Counted from the stretch's first letter, positions 27,486-42,044 are shown. The stretch: 64,000 nucleotides of DNA from Camelus ferus (GCF_009834535.1 NC_045707.1:54004001-54068000); one strand, 5' to 3'. Notes: a model not told the origin generated them from the sequence alone. Numbers and translations: made by a program.

Positions 27486-29495
27486 CTGTCACCCAAATGA
27501 GAGTTTAATAGGAGTAGATTAAAGGATTGGTCAGTCCACCAGGCTTAAGATAGTTTATGTCAATAAATAACTGATGAACCTAGTACTTTACCATCAAACT
27601 ATCCATACAGAAAAACAAAAGACCACAGTATAAAATTAAGCATCTAAAAATATATATGTTATGCATCAAGTCCCTCTTTGGGAAATAGAAGAACTATGAA
27701 CATATGCATCCTTTTCTCAAACAAATTACAATACAGTTCAGAAAGTTAAGAAAAACATACTTAAACTGACAGCAAATAACATACTATGCAATATAATTAG
27801 GTGCAAATCAAATGTGATGACTAAAAGCTCTAGGAATTGGGTGAGAAGATATTTCTAAGCTATTGCTCAAAAATTTTTTACAGTGAGCTTGAAACTTACA
27901 CGTGTCTGGAAGACACATAGGGTCAGGGGGGAATGGGAAGATATTCCATATGGAAAGCAAAGGCAAGCTGGAAGGTAGAGAGAGAAAGGTTTAAACACGG
28001 CAGGTTTATAAAAGCATGAGGCTTACCTGAATCCGGCTTTGTAAAGCTTGCTGAGGTCAGAGTAAACACTAACATTTGTATAAGTATAAATTTCAGTGTA
28101 CTTTAAAGAAATTGCTTACTTGTTTTGGATTCTAGTCTCAGACTTCTAATTTTACTAACTCAAAATGACCATTTAATAGAGCTAAGCCTGACATTTTACA
28201 TCTGCAAAACTGCAGTAATTTTTCCTGCTAGTCTTGCAAGGTAACCTGTGAGTGTTATATAAGACTACATATAAAACTGTACTAATGCCATAATCATGAG
28301 CATATAATCCTATTAATTCTAACTTGTCTTTTCCTATACAGATATTCAATCTTTTAAATAGGGAAATCAAAATAATGCACAAAGATACAATTAAAAAGTA
28401 ATAGAATATCTTACGAAAGTGCAAGTGAGGTAGTAATCAGTATTCCTGGCTTATTCCTTGTTCACGGGATGTCGTCAGTCTCTAATTCTAAAACTGGATT
28501 CACTGCAGCCTACAAGTGGATTTTAATAATAAAGATTAAATCATGTGCAGGTAAAAACTCGTTTGCGTTGCTCCAAAACCACCAGGGGAAAATATTTGGG
28601 GCACAAGTGAAAGCACGTTGGAAATTAATATGCCTTTAATAAGTAATTCAACACAATTATGTCCTATATCCACTGCATTTTAATTCCTTGAAATGCAGAG
28701 ATTTTCATTTGAGAATTTAAAACTGTACTATCAGCTTTAATTCTATTTCAGTCTGCTAAAAAGTATGATTATTATCATTCCAACTGCTCTCTTTTATCTC
28801 AAAGTAACAGTTTAACCGGAATTTGAATGTTTAGTGGTAAATCATTTTTGCGGAGTTTTTATATTAATGAATTAAAATTGTTTCTCATGTTAATTTCTGT
28901 TATCTTAGTAAAACTTTACTGCCATTTACCGCAAGTAATCTTCTGCTCAACAAGATTGCCTTATTTTCCTGTCTGATCCAGAGCAGAATAATCAATCTGT
29001 GTGATACAAAAATTGTCTATTCCATCATATATGACTTAAGTTTCCTCTGAAATGAGCTCTGGGATGATTGTTTCTTGGAAGAAGTGCTTTTGAGAATTAC
29101 TTTCTCCAACTTCCAATCGTTTTTCTTACACAGTAATTCTTTTAAACATTCGTTTTTCTTTTATTTCTGTTGTTCCTTCATTCCTTAGACATTCACCTCT
29201 AACCTTACCTACCTGAAGGTTAATTTTTATACAGAAAGAAAAAAGTTCTCAAGAGTAATTGTATTCAATCAAAAGCAAATGGCAAAATTCCCAGTATCTT
29301 AATTGAGCCTGATATAGTTGGTATATCTTATATTTACTAACTCCATCCTAGTTACCTACAAAATATGTCCTATAAATATTACAAAGGTCCTTATCATCTG
29401 GTTGAGTAAGGATGCTTATAAATAAATGAGGCCAAAAAATGTAAGTAGGTACATTACGGGCATTATTTTTATGATTTAGAACATTTTATATTAAG

Positions 29496-29713
29496 TAATG
29501 GTTCTCAGCCAGGAACAGTTTCATCCCCGCAGGGGACACCTGGCAATGTCTGGAGACATTTTTGATCATCGTAACTGAAGTGGCACTACTGACATCCAGT
29601 GAGTAGAGTCCAGGGATGCTGCTAAACATTCTGCAGTGCATGGGAGGGTCCTCCACCACAAAGAATTACCTGATCTAAAATATTCTTAATAATGTCAAAG
29701 TGGAGTAACCCTG
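29496..29713 (+). mobile_element. MER20 (hAT-Charlie MITE), near full length
   Basis: tggttctcagccagg...ggggacacctggcaatgtctggagacatttt...agggatgctgctaaacattctgcagtgca...aaccctg. Confidence 0.92.
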
Positions 29714-30354
29714 ATGTATTGGGAACTTATGATCCCCACAATTTTTCAAATTGCTGTTTTCCTCCTGATGAAGACGGACTTGCACATTTTATTTTTAGTT
29801 CCAATAGCTCCTTTATACATTAGTCCAAATTGAGGTGTGTAGTTCTCCACTTCATCACATCATCCACTCTGTGAAGCACATCTAACAAGAAAGCTGCCGG
29901 TTCCCTAATGGCATGGATCACTCTAAATTGTCTAGAGAGAAAAGGGGATGGGGAACATTTACGTGCATCACATCTCTAATAATGATGGCTATCACTGCTT
30001 TATAAATCATATTAGTGGGCTGAAAGGGGAGATGAGAATGTCCTGTACAATTTACACATTAATGTAGTACTTAGCAATCCAATATATTTTGTTTCACTTT
30101 TAGTGACCAAAAAGTTTTGGCAAGTTAAATAACCTATATGACCTTTAGTTTCGCACTAATAATACAGCAACAACAATAGTAGTAGTAGTAACAGTATTAG
30201 ACCCTGTTGGTTTTGTTAAGATTTAAGATGCACACATATTATGCTTGAGACATAATATGTGTTTGGTAAGTTATAATAAATTTCCAAAAGTCTGTGTCAC
30301 ACAGCAAATTTAGTCCGATTTCTTTTCTGGTATAGCCAATGACTTACCTGTTAT

Positions 30355-30800
30355 CTTTTAGATCTGGAAGTCTAAAAGCAAACTAGACTCAATATGTTAA
30401 ATCAAATTCTTTTCCCTCCAAAACCTGCTTTCTTTCTCCCGTGTTCCCTATGTAGTGAAGTCCATAGAATTTGTTCCAATCAGAAGCCCTGGAATCATCC
30501 TACACTCAACTTTCACGATTATTTTCCATATCCAGCAAATCACTGGCGGCTTGCTCATCTACTCATTTAATTGTACTCGAGATGAGTCCATTTCTATTTC
30601 ACTCCTTTATTTTAGGCCATTATCGTCTCTCTAAAGGAAAGTGATAGCAAGGACCCCTTAAGTCACATCCTTGGCCCTCTTCACCTAATTTCCCCACTAA
30701 TTACTGTCTTTCCACATGGAAACCAGAGTGGTTTAAGATCAGATCATGTATTTCCCCCGCTTACAGGCGTTCAGTGGCTCCCCATTGTTCTTAGGTTAAG
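30355..30800 (+). mobile_element. L2 remnant
   Basis: cagaagccctggaatcatcct...aaatcagatcatg-like motif...tcagtggctccccattg. Confidence 0.65.
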
Positions 30801-31461
30801 TGTTGTGGATTTCAACTTAAGTTACCAGTTGGTTTAAATTAAAATTTTATAGGTACCAAAAATTTCTTACATTCTTTCCTGTAAGAATCAACAATAGATA
30901 GCCTATAAAATGAAAACATTATGTCTTAGGAAATATAACAATATTCATTTTATTTTCATAATGACTAATTTTAATAGCTTTCTTTCAATGGTAGTATTTC
31001 TCTACCCTTTTACTCTGGACTGGCCTCTTTTTGCTGGTGCAGTAAGCACACGTTGAATACACCTAAGAGATAACTAAGCACCCGGGCTATTCTTGAGACT
31101 CCAGCTTTACTTCTCAGTTCTTCTTCCAACTATTTCCCTCACACTCTCCAGGACATGTGCCCAGACATTAAGGTTGCAATTCTCTGTCTTCCCCAGGGGC
31201 ATTTATAATCGCTGTTCCCTCTGATTTGAAAGCTCTGTCATCTCCTCTTTTGTTAGCTAATTCCTGCTCTACTCCTAAAGTACAACTTAAAGCAATTTCT
31301 CCAAACAGGCTTCCCCAATCTTTTCTTCCCTCAAACACCAAGTTCAGGCCATACTTCTACAATTGTGTGCTACCTTGTATTTACTGCTAAGACAGCCCTC
31401 CTTACCCAACTTTTAGCTACTTAATTATATTTCTTACAGGTAAACATCGTCTTTTCTGTCT

Positions 31462-31758
31462 CAGGGATCAGCAAAATCTGTTCTACTGCTTATTTCACTG
31501 TCTCACAAGCAAAAATGGTTTTAAACTTTTTTAAATAGTTGGGAAAAAAATCAAAAGGAAATTATTACCTCCAGATCTATAAAAATGTTACGAAATACAC
31601 ATTTCAATGTTTTTAAGGCTTTAGCTGTAACAGATACACTTCTATTCATTTACATGTTATCTGTTACTGCTTTGTATTATACCTACAGAGTAGTTGCAGC
31701 AGAGGGAAGCCTGAAACATTTACTATCTGGTGCTTTACAAATGGTTTGCCCACTGCTG
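31462..31758 (+). mobile_element. MER58B-like hAT-Charlie MITE inserted in L2
   Basis: cagggatcagcaaa...atttactatctggtgctttaca...tttgcccactgctg; 8-bp TSD ttctgtct/gtctgtct (7/8). Confidence 0.88.
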
Positions 31759-34700
31759 GTCTGTCTTATCGGATGTCAATTTCCTTAAGGGAGGAAGCGC
31801 GTTTTTCCAATTGCATTTCAGACATTTGCTGCTTAGCATATATTTATTAGATGAATGAGTGACTTAATGAAAGAATAGTGAATGGGGTGGTAATAAATGA
31901 ATGCATTCGAGATGCGAGTTAACTTACTCTCCTTTCAATGAGAGAAATATCACTCTGTCTAAACTGAGCAAAAAACGGAATTTATTAGAAGGAAACAGGT
32001 TATGTCACAAGATAAAAGATAAAGCTGAGGAATTAGGCTTTAGAGAGGAGGCGAGGATAGGAATTAGAATGGTTCTTTAGATCTTGGTAGAGGGAACTAC
32101 TGGATAATCTCATTGAAACAAAGTGGTTGATCCTGAATCTACATTTGGCTCAAAGTTCATGTTTCCAAGAGAGAGAATCTGTCCACACCCTGGCTAGAAA
32201 AAGTGATCTATTTGGCAGTGCCATTCAGATATATAGTCCTGGAGAAGATGTTATCAAGAATACTGTGTGTAAAGGAAAATCAGTGTTCTATTACTAGAAT
32301 CAAGAGTAGTGTTAACACTCGGTAAAAAACAAAATGTCAGGATATATCTTACAATGGAGGAAAATGGGAGTCAGAAGATGATTTTAAGTGGAAATACCTG
32401 AAAACTAGACTACAGCTGCCTGCAGAACATCTTCCTTCTATTATATTGAAAAACAGTTTAGTCGTGATTATCTTAACTCAACTCTCATGAATTAACTAGC
32501 GTGGTTCCAACATTATTGTTGAATGTGAAAGTATAGGTGGCATCATTCATAACATATACCGAGTATAACACGCCCACCTGCCGATTCAATACGAGAAGAT
32601 AAACCATTATTCTATTTATCAGAGCTTTCAAAATAACTATAAAAGACAAGGGCTGGATTGTGACTTAGTGTACGGTGATAAACATAGTGGCTAGGTCTGA
32701 AATGTGAAATTATCCAAATCTCAAACATTTTTGTGATAAAGAGGCTAACATGGCGCATTAATAGCATGATGAGAGACGAGATGTCTCTAACAGTGAGAAA
32801 AACACAAAGGAAAAACACTTAGGAAGAAATGAGCATTAATAATCGCAGTATTACTCATCTTCTAGTATTTCTCTGTTCATTCATTCAGTGAGTACTACCT
32901 GTACTCCACGCTAACTGGGACACATCTCACATTAAGGGACTGTCCTATATGTTGTTAAGCTGGAACTTTCTGAAAAATTATATTCCTCTCTGAATGAAGC
33001 TGTACTGACAGCATTCTGAGATCATTTAGACCACTCACTACAATTATCTGATCCTCTTGCCAGTTGGGTATTACATATTTTAATCTTTCAGCTTTTATGT
33101 TTTCAATTCACAAGTACTAAGTTCCTGAAACATACACTTTGAAAATTCCCTAAAGAACTCATATGCAGCCCAACTGGGGTTTTCATTATCATTGACATTT
33201 CCCAGATAAATTACCCTAAGTCTTGGACTTTCTTCTTACAGTGACTTCACAAAAATGTCTCTCTTGCAACAGTTTCTCTCCTTAAGAGAAAAAGACAGCC
33301 ATTTAAAATACTTATGTAATAACCAAGCACTTTGTAGTCTTTCCAGTTACTTGAACCATATTTACTCAAAAAAGTTTTAGAAAGCCAACTTAGTGCTTGA
33401 TGAATTTTGGTCTCTGAGAAAGAAAAAAAATTCAACTTAACTTTGTATGTCCATTTAGCTTCTGTTGTAAAGAAAATTAAATTATCTTTATGAGGCAAGA
33501 CACTTTACCACATGTAGATTGTAGACATAGTACTATTTAGCTGATAAAAGATAAGCAGGTTGTTTCACTTTTACTGTGATTACTTTCTACATAACAGAAT
33601 CACTGTCTACTTGTTCAGCAAGTCACTGAACAATTACTGAACATTTAAAGCAAACTGACATCCTCACTAGCCAAACATTTTATTATAATTTTCTATGTGG
33701 ATTATGATATGTTTCAAACCAAACTCTACAAAATCATTCTGTCTCCTAATGTCTTTGCTATCAATGTTGACTTTTCTGGTCATATATTTTTATTAGTGTC
33801 TGCCAATAAAGTTATAATGCAACCTAGTTCCATTTTTAGATTTTTACCTAGAAAAACAGTATTTTCATCCCAAATATAAACATCGTATACTTCTGAAAGT
33901 ATTCTTGGAGACTTTTTTACCTGTAAGTACAATTATAGTTTTACTCAATAATTTTGGTTGATTTAAATGTTACAGTTCAGCGATAGCTCATTTTGACGAG
34001 AGATCTTCCCTAAGTGTTATGTTTGAGTAATCTCTTTATAATCTCATGATTTTAGTACTAGGTACAATTTTCACATTTACTTCTGATTTGTTATGAATCT
34101 TTTCTTGGTATTTTTGTATGACTCCAATATAAAGTATGTATCCTACAGAGCCGGAAGTAAAAGACTATCATCATAATCTTTCTTTAAATACTTTCTAGAA
34201 TGCCCAGATATAGACACAGGAGATACTGTTTGGGAACTTTATTTTGGGTCTTTTCTCAAAAGTTTAAATTCCACAATAGAATATATAAAATGTTTTTCTC
34301 ATGAAACTTTTTAAATTAATGACTTATTATTGTTTTATTTTCACAAACATAAGGGCTTTTTAAAAATTAAAGGAAAACCACCTTGTCTCAAAATATCAAA
34401 TTAAATAATGTGTTTATTTGTACTTAGTAATAGAAATCACTTCCCTTCTAGTTATATATTTCAATGAAAAATACTCCATAATACTGTTCCATGGTATATA
34501 GAACAGTGCTCACTACAACACAGCAGTACCTGCCTTGAGATATTTTAAGATTAACTTCTCTGAGCTGTTCCCAAGACTGCTGAGAAAACTTTGATTCATT
34601 CAAATTATTTTCATCTTATTCGAAAGCATGCTTCAATTTTAACTAAGAGACAATGATATAGTTTAATATTTCATCATGAAAAATGTATTCATCATTTCTT

Positions 34701-35672
34701 CTCAAATCATGGATTTAGAGTAGAAAGGTTAAGCAGGTATGACTGTAAAAAGATAGCTATCAGTCAAACCCTTCGTTTGCAATGGTAAATAATCTAATCT
34801 ATTTGGAACTCAGTTTCCTTATTTCAAAAAAAATCAGGGGACTGAACTAGATAACTGGTCACTTTATTTTAAAATTATTGTATAGTTTTTAAATCAAATA
34901 CCATAAAAATAAGGAAAAAGGCAATGTTTTCTTAAAATTTTTTTGGTATGAAATACATTCAGTGTATTTTGAAATGATAATATATTCTTTCATATAATAG
35001 AGTTCTTTGTAAGAACAAGGATAAATGATTAGAAGAAATCTGAACTATCTTGGCATGGGTCAAGACTTAAGAAATCGTTAAAGCCTACAAGTTAAAGACA
35101 GAAAAGACATTAAAAGGGCAGCCAATTGCCAAGGAACCACTTTCCTTTCTATAGAAGCTTATAAGTAATACTCATTCTGTAATGCATGTAATAAAGTGTT
35201 TAAAAACACTTGTAATAAATACGTTTCTAAAAAACCAAAAAAAAATTGTTTAAATGCTTATGAACTACACTGTCTCAAGTATTTCATGTCATACCTATTT
35301 CACTGCTTTACTCACATAAGGAAAACACTTTTATGGACTTTAGTATTTATTGATAATACAATAAAGTGTATATCAAGTCTTTAATAAAATTAGGCTGTTA
35401 AAAGATGGCATAATATCTTAGGGATCAGTAATATGATATGTAAAAAGATACTGAAATAAATTATCATGTAAGTATGTTTACCTACTTTTTTCCAAGACTG
35501 ATTTACTATTTTGTATTAAAAAATAAAATGCACTGACTAATAGGTTAAATGCCCCTATCATCATGATGTTAGGAAGGGTAACTGTATACATCTGCCTTCC
35601 ACCAAGTGCCCCCATGCCAACTCCCAAAGATACTTTGGTGCATCCACTTCAAAAGCTTGGGTATTGCTGATT

Positions 35673-35675
<3 letters not shown>

Positions 35676-35704
<29 letters not shown>
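35676..35704. repeat. (TTG)n microsatellite
   Basis: direct observation. Confidence 0.95.
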
Positions 35705-35939
35705 AGCTTTATTTGGCTTGGTGAACATTGTGTTTTAACACCATTGCCCTTCATTTCATAAAAATGAAGAAATAAAAAAAAATTCAGAGAAATTCACAAA
35801 ACTTACTGTCCCTACTCACTCCATTTTCCTCTCTAGCTCTCTCTACTTTCCTGTTTCTACCCTCCCACTTTCTCCCTTTCTTTTTGTTTCTTTACTTTTA
35901 TTTCTATTTTTTGTCCAGTGCACAAAATGTGGGAGACAG

Positions 35940-36165
35940 AGTAAAGTCTAATGGTTGAAAGCACGGCTCTGAAGTTGAACTGCTCGGATGAAAATGTGAG
36001 GTCCACCATTTTGTCAATGATTTTGAACAGGTTACTTGTTCTTTGTCCCAATTTTCTCATCAGTAAAATTGAAATAGATATTTTTAAAGGTTTTTGCAAA
36101 GATGACCATGATTTAATATATGTGAAATACTTTTAACAGTAATTAGCACATAACTATGGCTGAAT
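35940..36165 (+). mobile_element. MIR
   Basis: atggttgaaagcacggctctgaag...ttgaacaggttactt...ttttctcatcagtaaaattgaaata. Confidence 0.75.
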
Positions 36166-36299
36166 TCTTAATAGTTCTTATAACATGTACACATGGGGAA
36201 GCTGAAGAAGCCTGGGAGAAACTATCAGGTGTGATTCCTGCAAATCCTGACTTAAGACCTAAGAGCTAAGAATAAGGTATTCATGATGCCATATTTAAA

Positions 36300-38168
36300 A
36301 AGCCGGGTGGAGGACTGGGGCCAACTGTGCAGAGGCAGCCTTAGGGGACTGGATTGTGCTGTGCCCCATGGCTGGGAGTGTATACAGAAGAGAATAGCCT
36401 GGGTCCCCCATAAAAAGAAAAGAAAGAAAGAAAGCAACACTGCTGGTGTGCATTGAAGGCAGAAGCACAATGTGGCTGGCATAGCCTCTGTCTCTGCAGG
36501 ACCGTGGCACCATTGCTGGCACATTCTTGGAAGAAGAGACAGGGGGCTTCCAGGTGGAGGTGGGGTTGAAACCTGAATCTGTACCCAGGGGCTCCGCAAC
36601 TTCATAGACCAGACTGAGATTCGTTTACAGCCCCAGGCAGAGGGGACTGATTTGCATTGTGGGTGCCTTTGTGGACCTGCACCTCTAAGGCAAACGAGCA
36701 AGGAGCAGAGTTCTGGCACACAGCGGGGCCAAGGGCTGGTGCGGCTGTCTCCAGCCGACCTGTCTACCACACGTGGACCCGGCCCTGGGGACCGTGCTGA
36801 CCCGACGGCGCCATGATCCAGGTGTGGGACCCAAAAGTCTGCAGAACTACACTGGTAGCCCTGAGGGCAGAGAACCTGGGGGACACCAGAGCAGAGCACT
36901 GACATTCCTGTGGCTAAAGTGGGACAAGGGCAGAGTCAACAAAGAGCACTTAAAGTGCTCCAACCTCGCCTACCAGTCACCACAACTCAGACACGGGTCT
37001 GGAAGCCTCCCTTCCAACAAGAAGGGAACAGACCCAACCCGTCAGGACAAAAAGGTGGCTCAACAACCAGGGCAGGCTCTGGTCACCACAACACTGGCCA
37101 CACCCCTAATCAAAGGAATAACAGCCTACACTCACGGAAGAAGGATGTGGCAACCATCCATACTAAAAACAGACCTTGTGACAAAATTATTAGAGGTGCT
37201 CAGTCTACACAGGAATGCATCCTCTTGAAACAAAAAACCAAAAAAAACAACCCTTCAAGACCACAGTAGATAACTGATACTCCATAATCCATGGTGCCAG
37301 AGAGATACAAGTATAATGAAGAAGCAGAGGAACTACTCCTAATTAAAAGAACAAGAGAAGTCCCCTGAAAGAACGATTAATTTAATAGACCTCAATAGTC
37401 TACTGGATCATGACTTCAAAAAGGGAGTGATAATAGCACTGAAGGAAGTAAGACTATGCTGGAGAAGGTGTGGAGAAAAGGGAACCCTGCTACACTGCTG
37501 GTAGGAGTGTAGTTTGGTGCAGCCATTATGGAAAATAATATGGAGATTCCTCAAAAAACTAAAAGTATGATCCAGCAATCCCACTCCTAGGTTTATATCT
37601 GGAGGGAGCTCTAATTCGAAAAGATACATGCACCCCAATGTTCATAGCAGCATATATACAACAGCCAAGATATGGAACAACCTAAATGTCCATCGACAGA
37701 TGAGTGGATAAAGAAGTTTATACAATGGAATACTACTTAGCCATAAAAAAGATAAAGTAATGTCATTTGCAGCAAAATCGATGGACCTAGAGATCATCAT
37801 TCTAAGTGAAGTAAGCCAGAAAGAGAAAGAAAAATACCATATGATATCACTCATATGTGGAATCCAAGAAAAAAAAAAGACACTATGAACTTGTCTACAA
37901 AACAGAAATGGACTCACAAACATAGTTAACAATCTTATGGTTACCAGGGAAAGGGATAAATTTGGGAGTTTGAGATTTGCAAATGTTAGCCACTATATAT
38001 AAAAATAGATTTTAAAAAGGTTCTGCTGTATAGCACAGGGAACTATATTCAATATTTCAATAATGAAAAAATATGAAAACAAATATATGTATGTATATGC
38101 ATGATTAGGACATTGTGCTGTACACCAGAAACTGACACATTGTAACTGTCTGTACTTCAATAAAAAAA
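36300..38168 (+). mobile_element. internally deleted L1: GC-rich 5'UTR + ORF1 start + ORF2 end + 3'UTR/polyA
   Basis: CpG-containing 5' part; ATG 37316 MKKQRNYS*LKEQEKSPE (ORF1-like); [17 protein letters not shown] (ORF2 C-domain); tail ...tgtacttcaataaaaaaa; 5' boundary uncertain. Confidence 0.85.
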
Positions 38169-38734
38169 GAATATTGGAAAACAGTCATGTTTATAAGCAT
38201 CAACTCATCAACATAGAGACCATTCTGCCTGACTGATTGCACAGTTCCCCTTGCTACCCCAAGTATAAGAGGACATATCTGTTTGGTAAACGCTCATGTG
38301 TAGAAGGGGAAATTTTGTTAAAGACAATACAGTTTTAATGATTCTTTCATTTTAAAAAAATTAAGTGAGTAACAGTTTAGTGTTCTTACTTGATTAAAAA
38401 AATGCAGTATATCAGCTGCTGATTACATAGTTTATGATAGAGAAAGAAGCGTAAGTTTATTAATTACTCTTCCTAGAAACCAATGTTGGAATAATTATCA
38501 AGCAAGAAATATTTAGCTATGTAGTAATTATTTATCGTTTAAATCCCTCTATTACTAATCTATAAGGTTTACCTACAAACTTGGAGAAGGAAGAAATTGA
38601 GAGAAGTCATGAAAGCAAATGAAAAATGAGTATGTCGAGTTGAAAAGCCTGCTTTACACCAGGACTCATAATCTCGGCACTAGTTTTATCCATACTGTTT
38701 GTGCTAAATGTGAATTTACTTACTGAACAAGCAT

Positions 38735-38940
38735 ATCTTTGGTTTAAGTACTTTACAGTTATCAAGTCATTTAATTCTCAAATCAGCTCCATGTGGGAAG
38801 TGTTATCGTTGTCCTCCTTTTACATATGAAGAAACTGAGGCATGAGAAGTCTCTGTCACTTGCCGAGAATTATGGAATCTAAGTGGCAGAACCAGGGATG
38901 GAACCCTGGGAGTTTGGTCCCTGTGTCCATGCTCTTTCCC
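38735..38940 (-). mobile_element. MIR
   Basis: ttttacatatgaagaaactgaggcatgagaag...cacttgcc...aagtggcagaaccagggatggaaccc. Confidence 0.85.
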
Positions 38941-41900
38941 CTTCACATTATGCTGCTGTATATGAGGATTTGCTTCTCAAGATTTATCCACAATTGATTA
39001 TCTATATTTAAAAAACCAATTGTATAAGTTATTTGTAAGTGAAAGTCTGTACTTCAATTTATTTTTAATTTGGCCTGGATATCCGATTATCAATTCAGTT
39101 TTCGGCATGCAAACCATCATCACCATCAACATCATTTTTCATAACATCTTAACTGTATTTCACTTGGTCACATTAAAGTAAGTTCCTAAATGTTCACTAG
39201 CTGTCAGGCACCATGGAAATTACTTTGACATATATCACCACCACTTTGGACTTTTTCTAAAATCATAAGAGGAAAATCAAACAGGGAAACAACCCTGCAA
39301 TCTCTCCAAAAGAGCTGATGGTTCCAAAGTGACTTCTGTTAGATGCTGAAATGCATCCGGTGATTATGGAACACTAAACTTGCTTTTTGTACTGCTCTCT
39401 TTGATAGGCTTAAAGTAAAAAATTGCACCACCACCCACAGTCAACAATAGCTAACAAGAAGAAAAGGTTGTTTTCCCTAATACGGCGGTTGACTTAGCAT
39501 AGAAAAGTTGATATGGGTAAGAAACCTCGGTGATATATAAACCAGTTTATTCAAGAATGGTCCTTCTGTTTGATTTCATTATTCACTAACTTCTGGCAAT
39601 GTTTAAATAACTGAATTCTGATACTTAATATGATTCGCAATATGTACAAACCATTGACAAATATAAATAATGAGACTAATTAGGAAGGCGTAGTAGCAAA
39701 AACACTTGAAAAATTACAGTTAATTCATTGACTGAAATATTTTTCATTTCTTCCTAGGGAGTCTTACATGTCCTGCTTATTTCATCAGTTTTCAGAATAT
39801 AAATAATAAAACCCACAAACCAGGAATAAAATTAATTTTGTAAGTGAAGGTATTTTTTGACAATATTTGTGCTTTCACTTATTCTAGTATCTCCCTACAA
39901 ATCTTAGCAGAGGCCCAACATCTGTTTAATGAATTTTGCCTTAATTTTTATGAGCTATACACCCTCACTGTGAAGGAAAAAAAGATGGAATTACATTAGT
40001 TTCCTTTGATACAATTGAAGATTGAAGATATATTTCTTTCCACTTACTTGATAAATCTAGGGCATTTTATACAGCATTAGAAATAAGGCAACAATGCAAT
40101 TCTGTAACCATTACCTGCCCTTATAAACAATAATTTGACTCATACCAACTGTTTCTTTGTATCTTCCAGGATTGAAACAAGAAAAAAATAATGTTGTTTG
40201 TGGGGCTTATTATTATTATTATTTTTTGCATCAGAGTTTTTGCAGAATCTCATAGTATAAGAAAGGTACAATTTTCTCTAAGTTTCATACTATTATAGTT
40301 CCTACATCAGCACTTGTTTATTGTCTATGATTACAAATGGTAAGACTATCAATACTGCTTCTTGACTACTTAGCTAGTTCTGAACTCCCACCTCAGGTTG
40401 TAACAGCAACATCTGAAAAAAGTACAATGCCTTATGATTAATATAATGCTTTTTACTTTGGATCAGTATTTTGTCTTATTTAGTGTTATACACAATAATC
40501 TGGTCCATAGAGAGAAATGGTCCGTGATAAATGTTTGCTGAGTGGCTCATTAAATAGATGACATAATTTCATCTATTCCTTACACTACCCAAATTTGTGT
40601 CTTATTTTACAGGGAAGAGCATAGAAGCTTTGAAAAGTTAGGAAGCTTAGATAGGATCACACAGAAAGCAGCTGGACAAGTTATTTCTGTTCTTGGTTTT
40701 CTGATTCTAAATATCCTGTTTGTGCTACTGCTGCTTTATTATCCCCTGTTGGCTCAGATGAGAGGTGAAAGATGAGACAGGGGTGAGTTAGAAGAAACTA
40801 TCTGTAGCAGGCTTTTGAAAGCTTCGATTTAATTTCTGGTCTGTCTTTTTAAATGTGATACAGTCTTATTAAATGCATGGGAATGATACTTGGTTCACCT
40901 GTGAATGGTCAGGAATATCAGGAGGTTCCCAACGAGAAGAAAAACAAAGCAGAAACACTGAACTGCAGTGTACCTTCTAAGTTAGTTTCTGAAAATTATC
41001 TGCAGCAAGAAAATGGAACAGGGGGAGACGAACTCTTAACTCTGCAGCATACAGGAGGAGCAGGTGTGCTCATTTCGACTTGTGGCCGAGTTGTTACCCC
41101 TGCGGGCCTCCCAACAGATTGTAGGAAACGTGACACCCCACGTTGCCAGCTTGGGACCTGCAAATTTGAATTTCCTCCATTAAAGAAGTGAATCCCTGCT
41201 GCTTTTCAGACATTAAAAGCTTCACTTTTCCTTCACAACAGCATGTCTGAAGCCTGGAAAACATTCAATGAGCTGCTGCAAATTAGGAAGTGAACTTTAG
41301 AAGTCTTGATCTGTAGCTGCAAAGGTTTGTTTGAAACAGCGAGAGGAAAGGTGACTTCACAGCATCATGTCTTGTTGAAGGGCTACAGAGTAACTGCAAT
41401 ACAGCATATTTCAGCAGAAGTGGAATCAGCATGGTACCTGTTTTCCGGATGATATAATGTGCTTTCAAGGTGATAAAATAACCCTTGAACCAAAGTAGTC
41501 AAAAGGAAAGGAAACGATGAAAGATCTGAGTTGAGGTAGAAGCCATGGGGTATGAGTGCTGCTTTGAAAGGGCTTGCTGTTAAAAGTTTCTATGGCGCGT
41601 GAAATGTGATGCCAAAATAGAGTAGAACCAGACCCTTGTCTTAAATCAAGTACAGAGGAGGAAAGATTTATTAGAGAAGTCTTATGTGCTTACTTTTTCA
41701 TGTGCCAAGAACTCCCCACATGTAGTATTTTATCCTGTAAAATCATCACCATCATTCCACAATACCCCACAGAAAAACATTGTAATCATTACAAGACTTT
41801 TACTGCCAGGTCTGTTTTTCCTCTTTTTTCATCTAGTTTAAATTATGATTAAATGACAAGGATAATAGTTGTCAGGATAACTACATGCAGTATACACCCT

Positions 41901-42044
41901 AATTAATTGTGAGATGATTTATTTTACTCTTATAGCTGGTACTCAGATTCATCTGTTGCTACAGGTAATAGAGATGCTTTAAGAAGGATACAGAAACTAT
42001 TATTTGACATGATGCTTTGTTCTTTGTTTTGTCTTGAGTTTAGT

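Noticed and set aside
36252..36905. Longest ORF (217 aa, minus strand) and overlapping ORFs 36773-37228 and 36910-37269
   Set aside because: They lie in the GC-rich L1 5' region where stops are rare. There is no recognisable domain and no evidence for an ORF0-like product.
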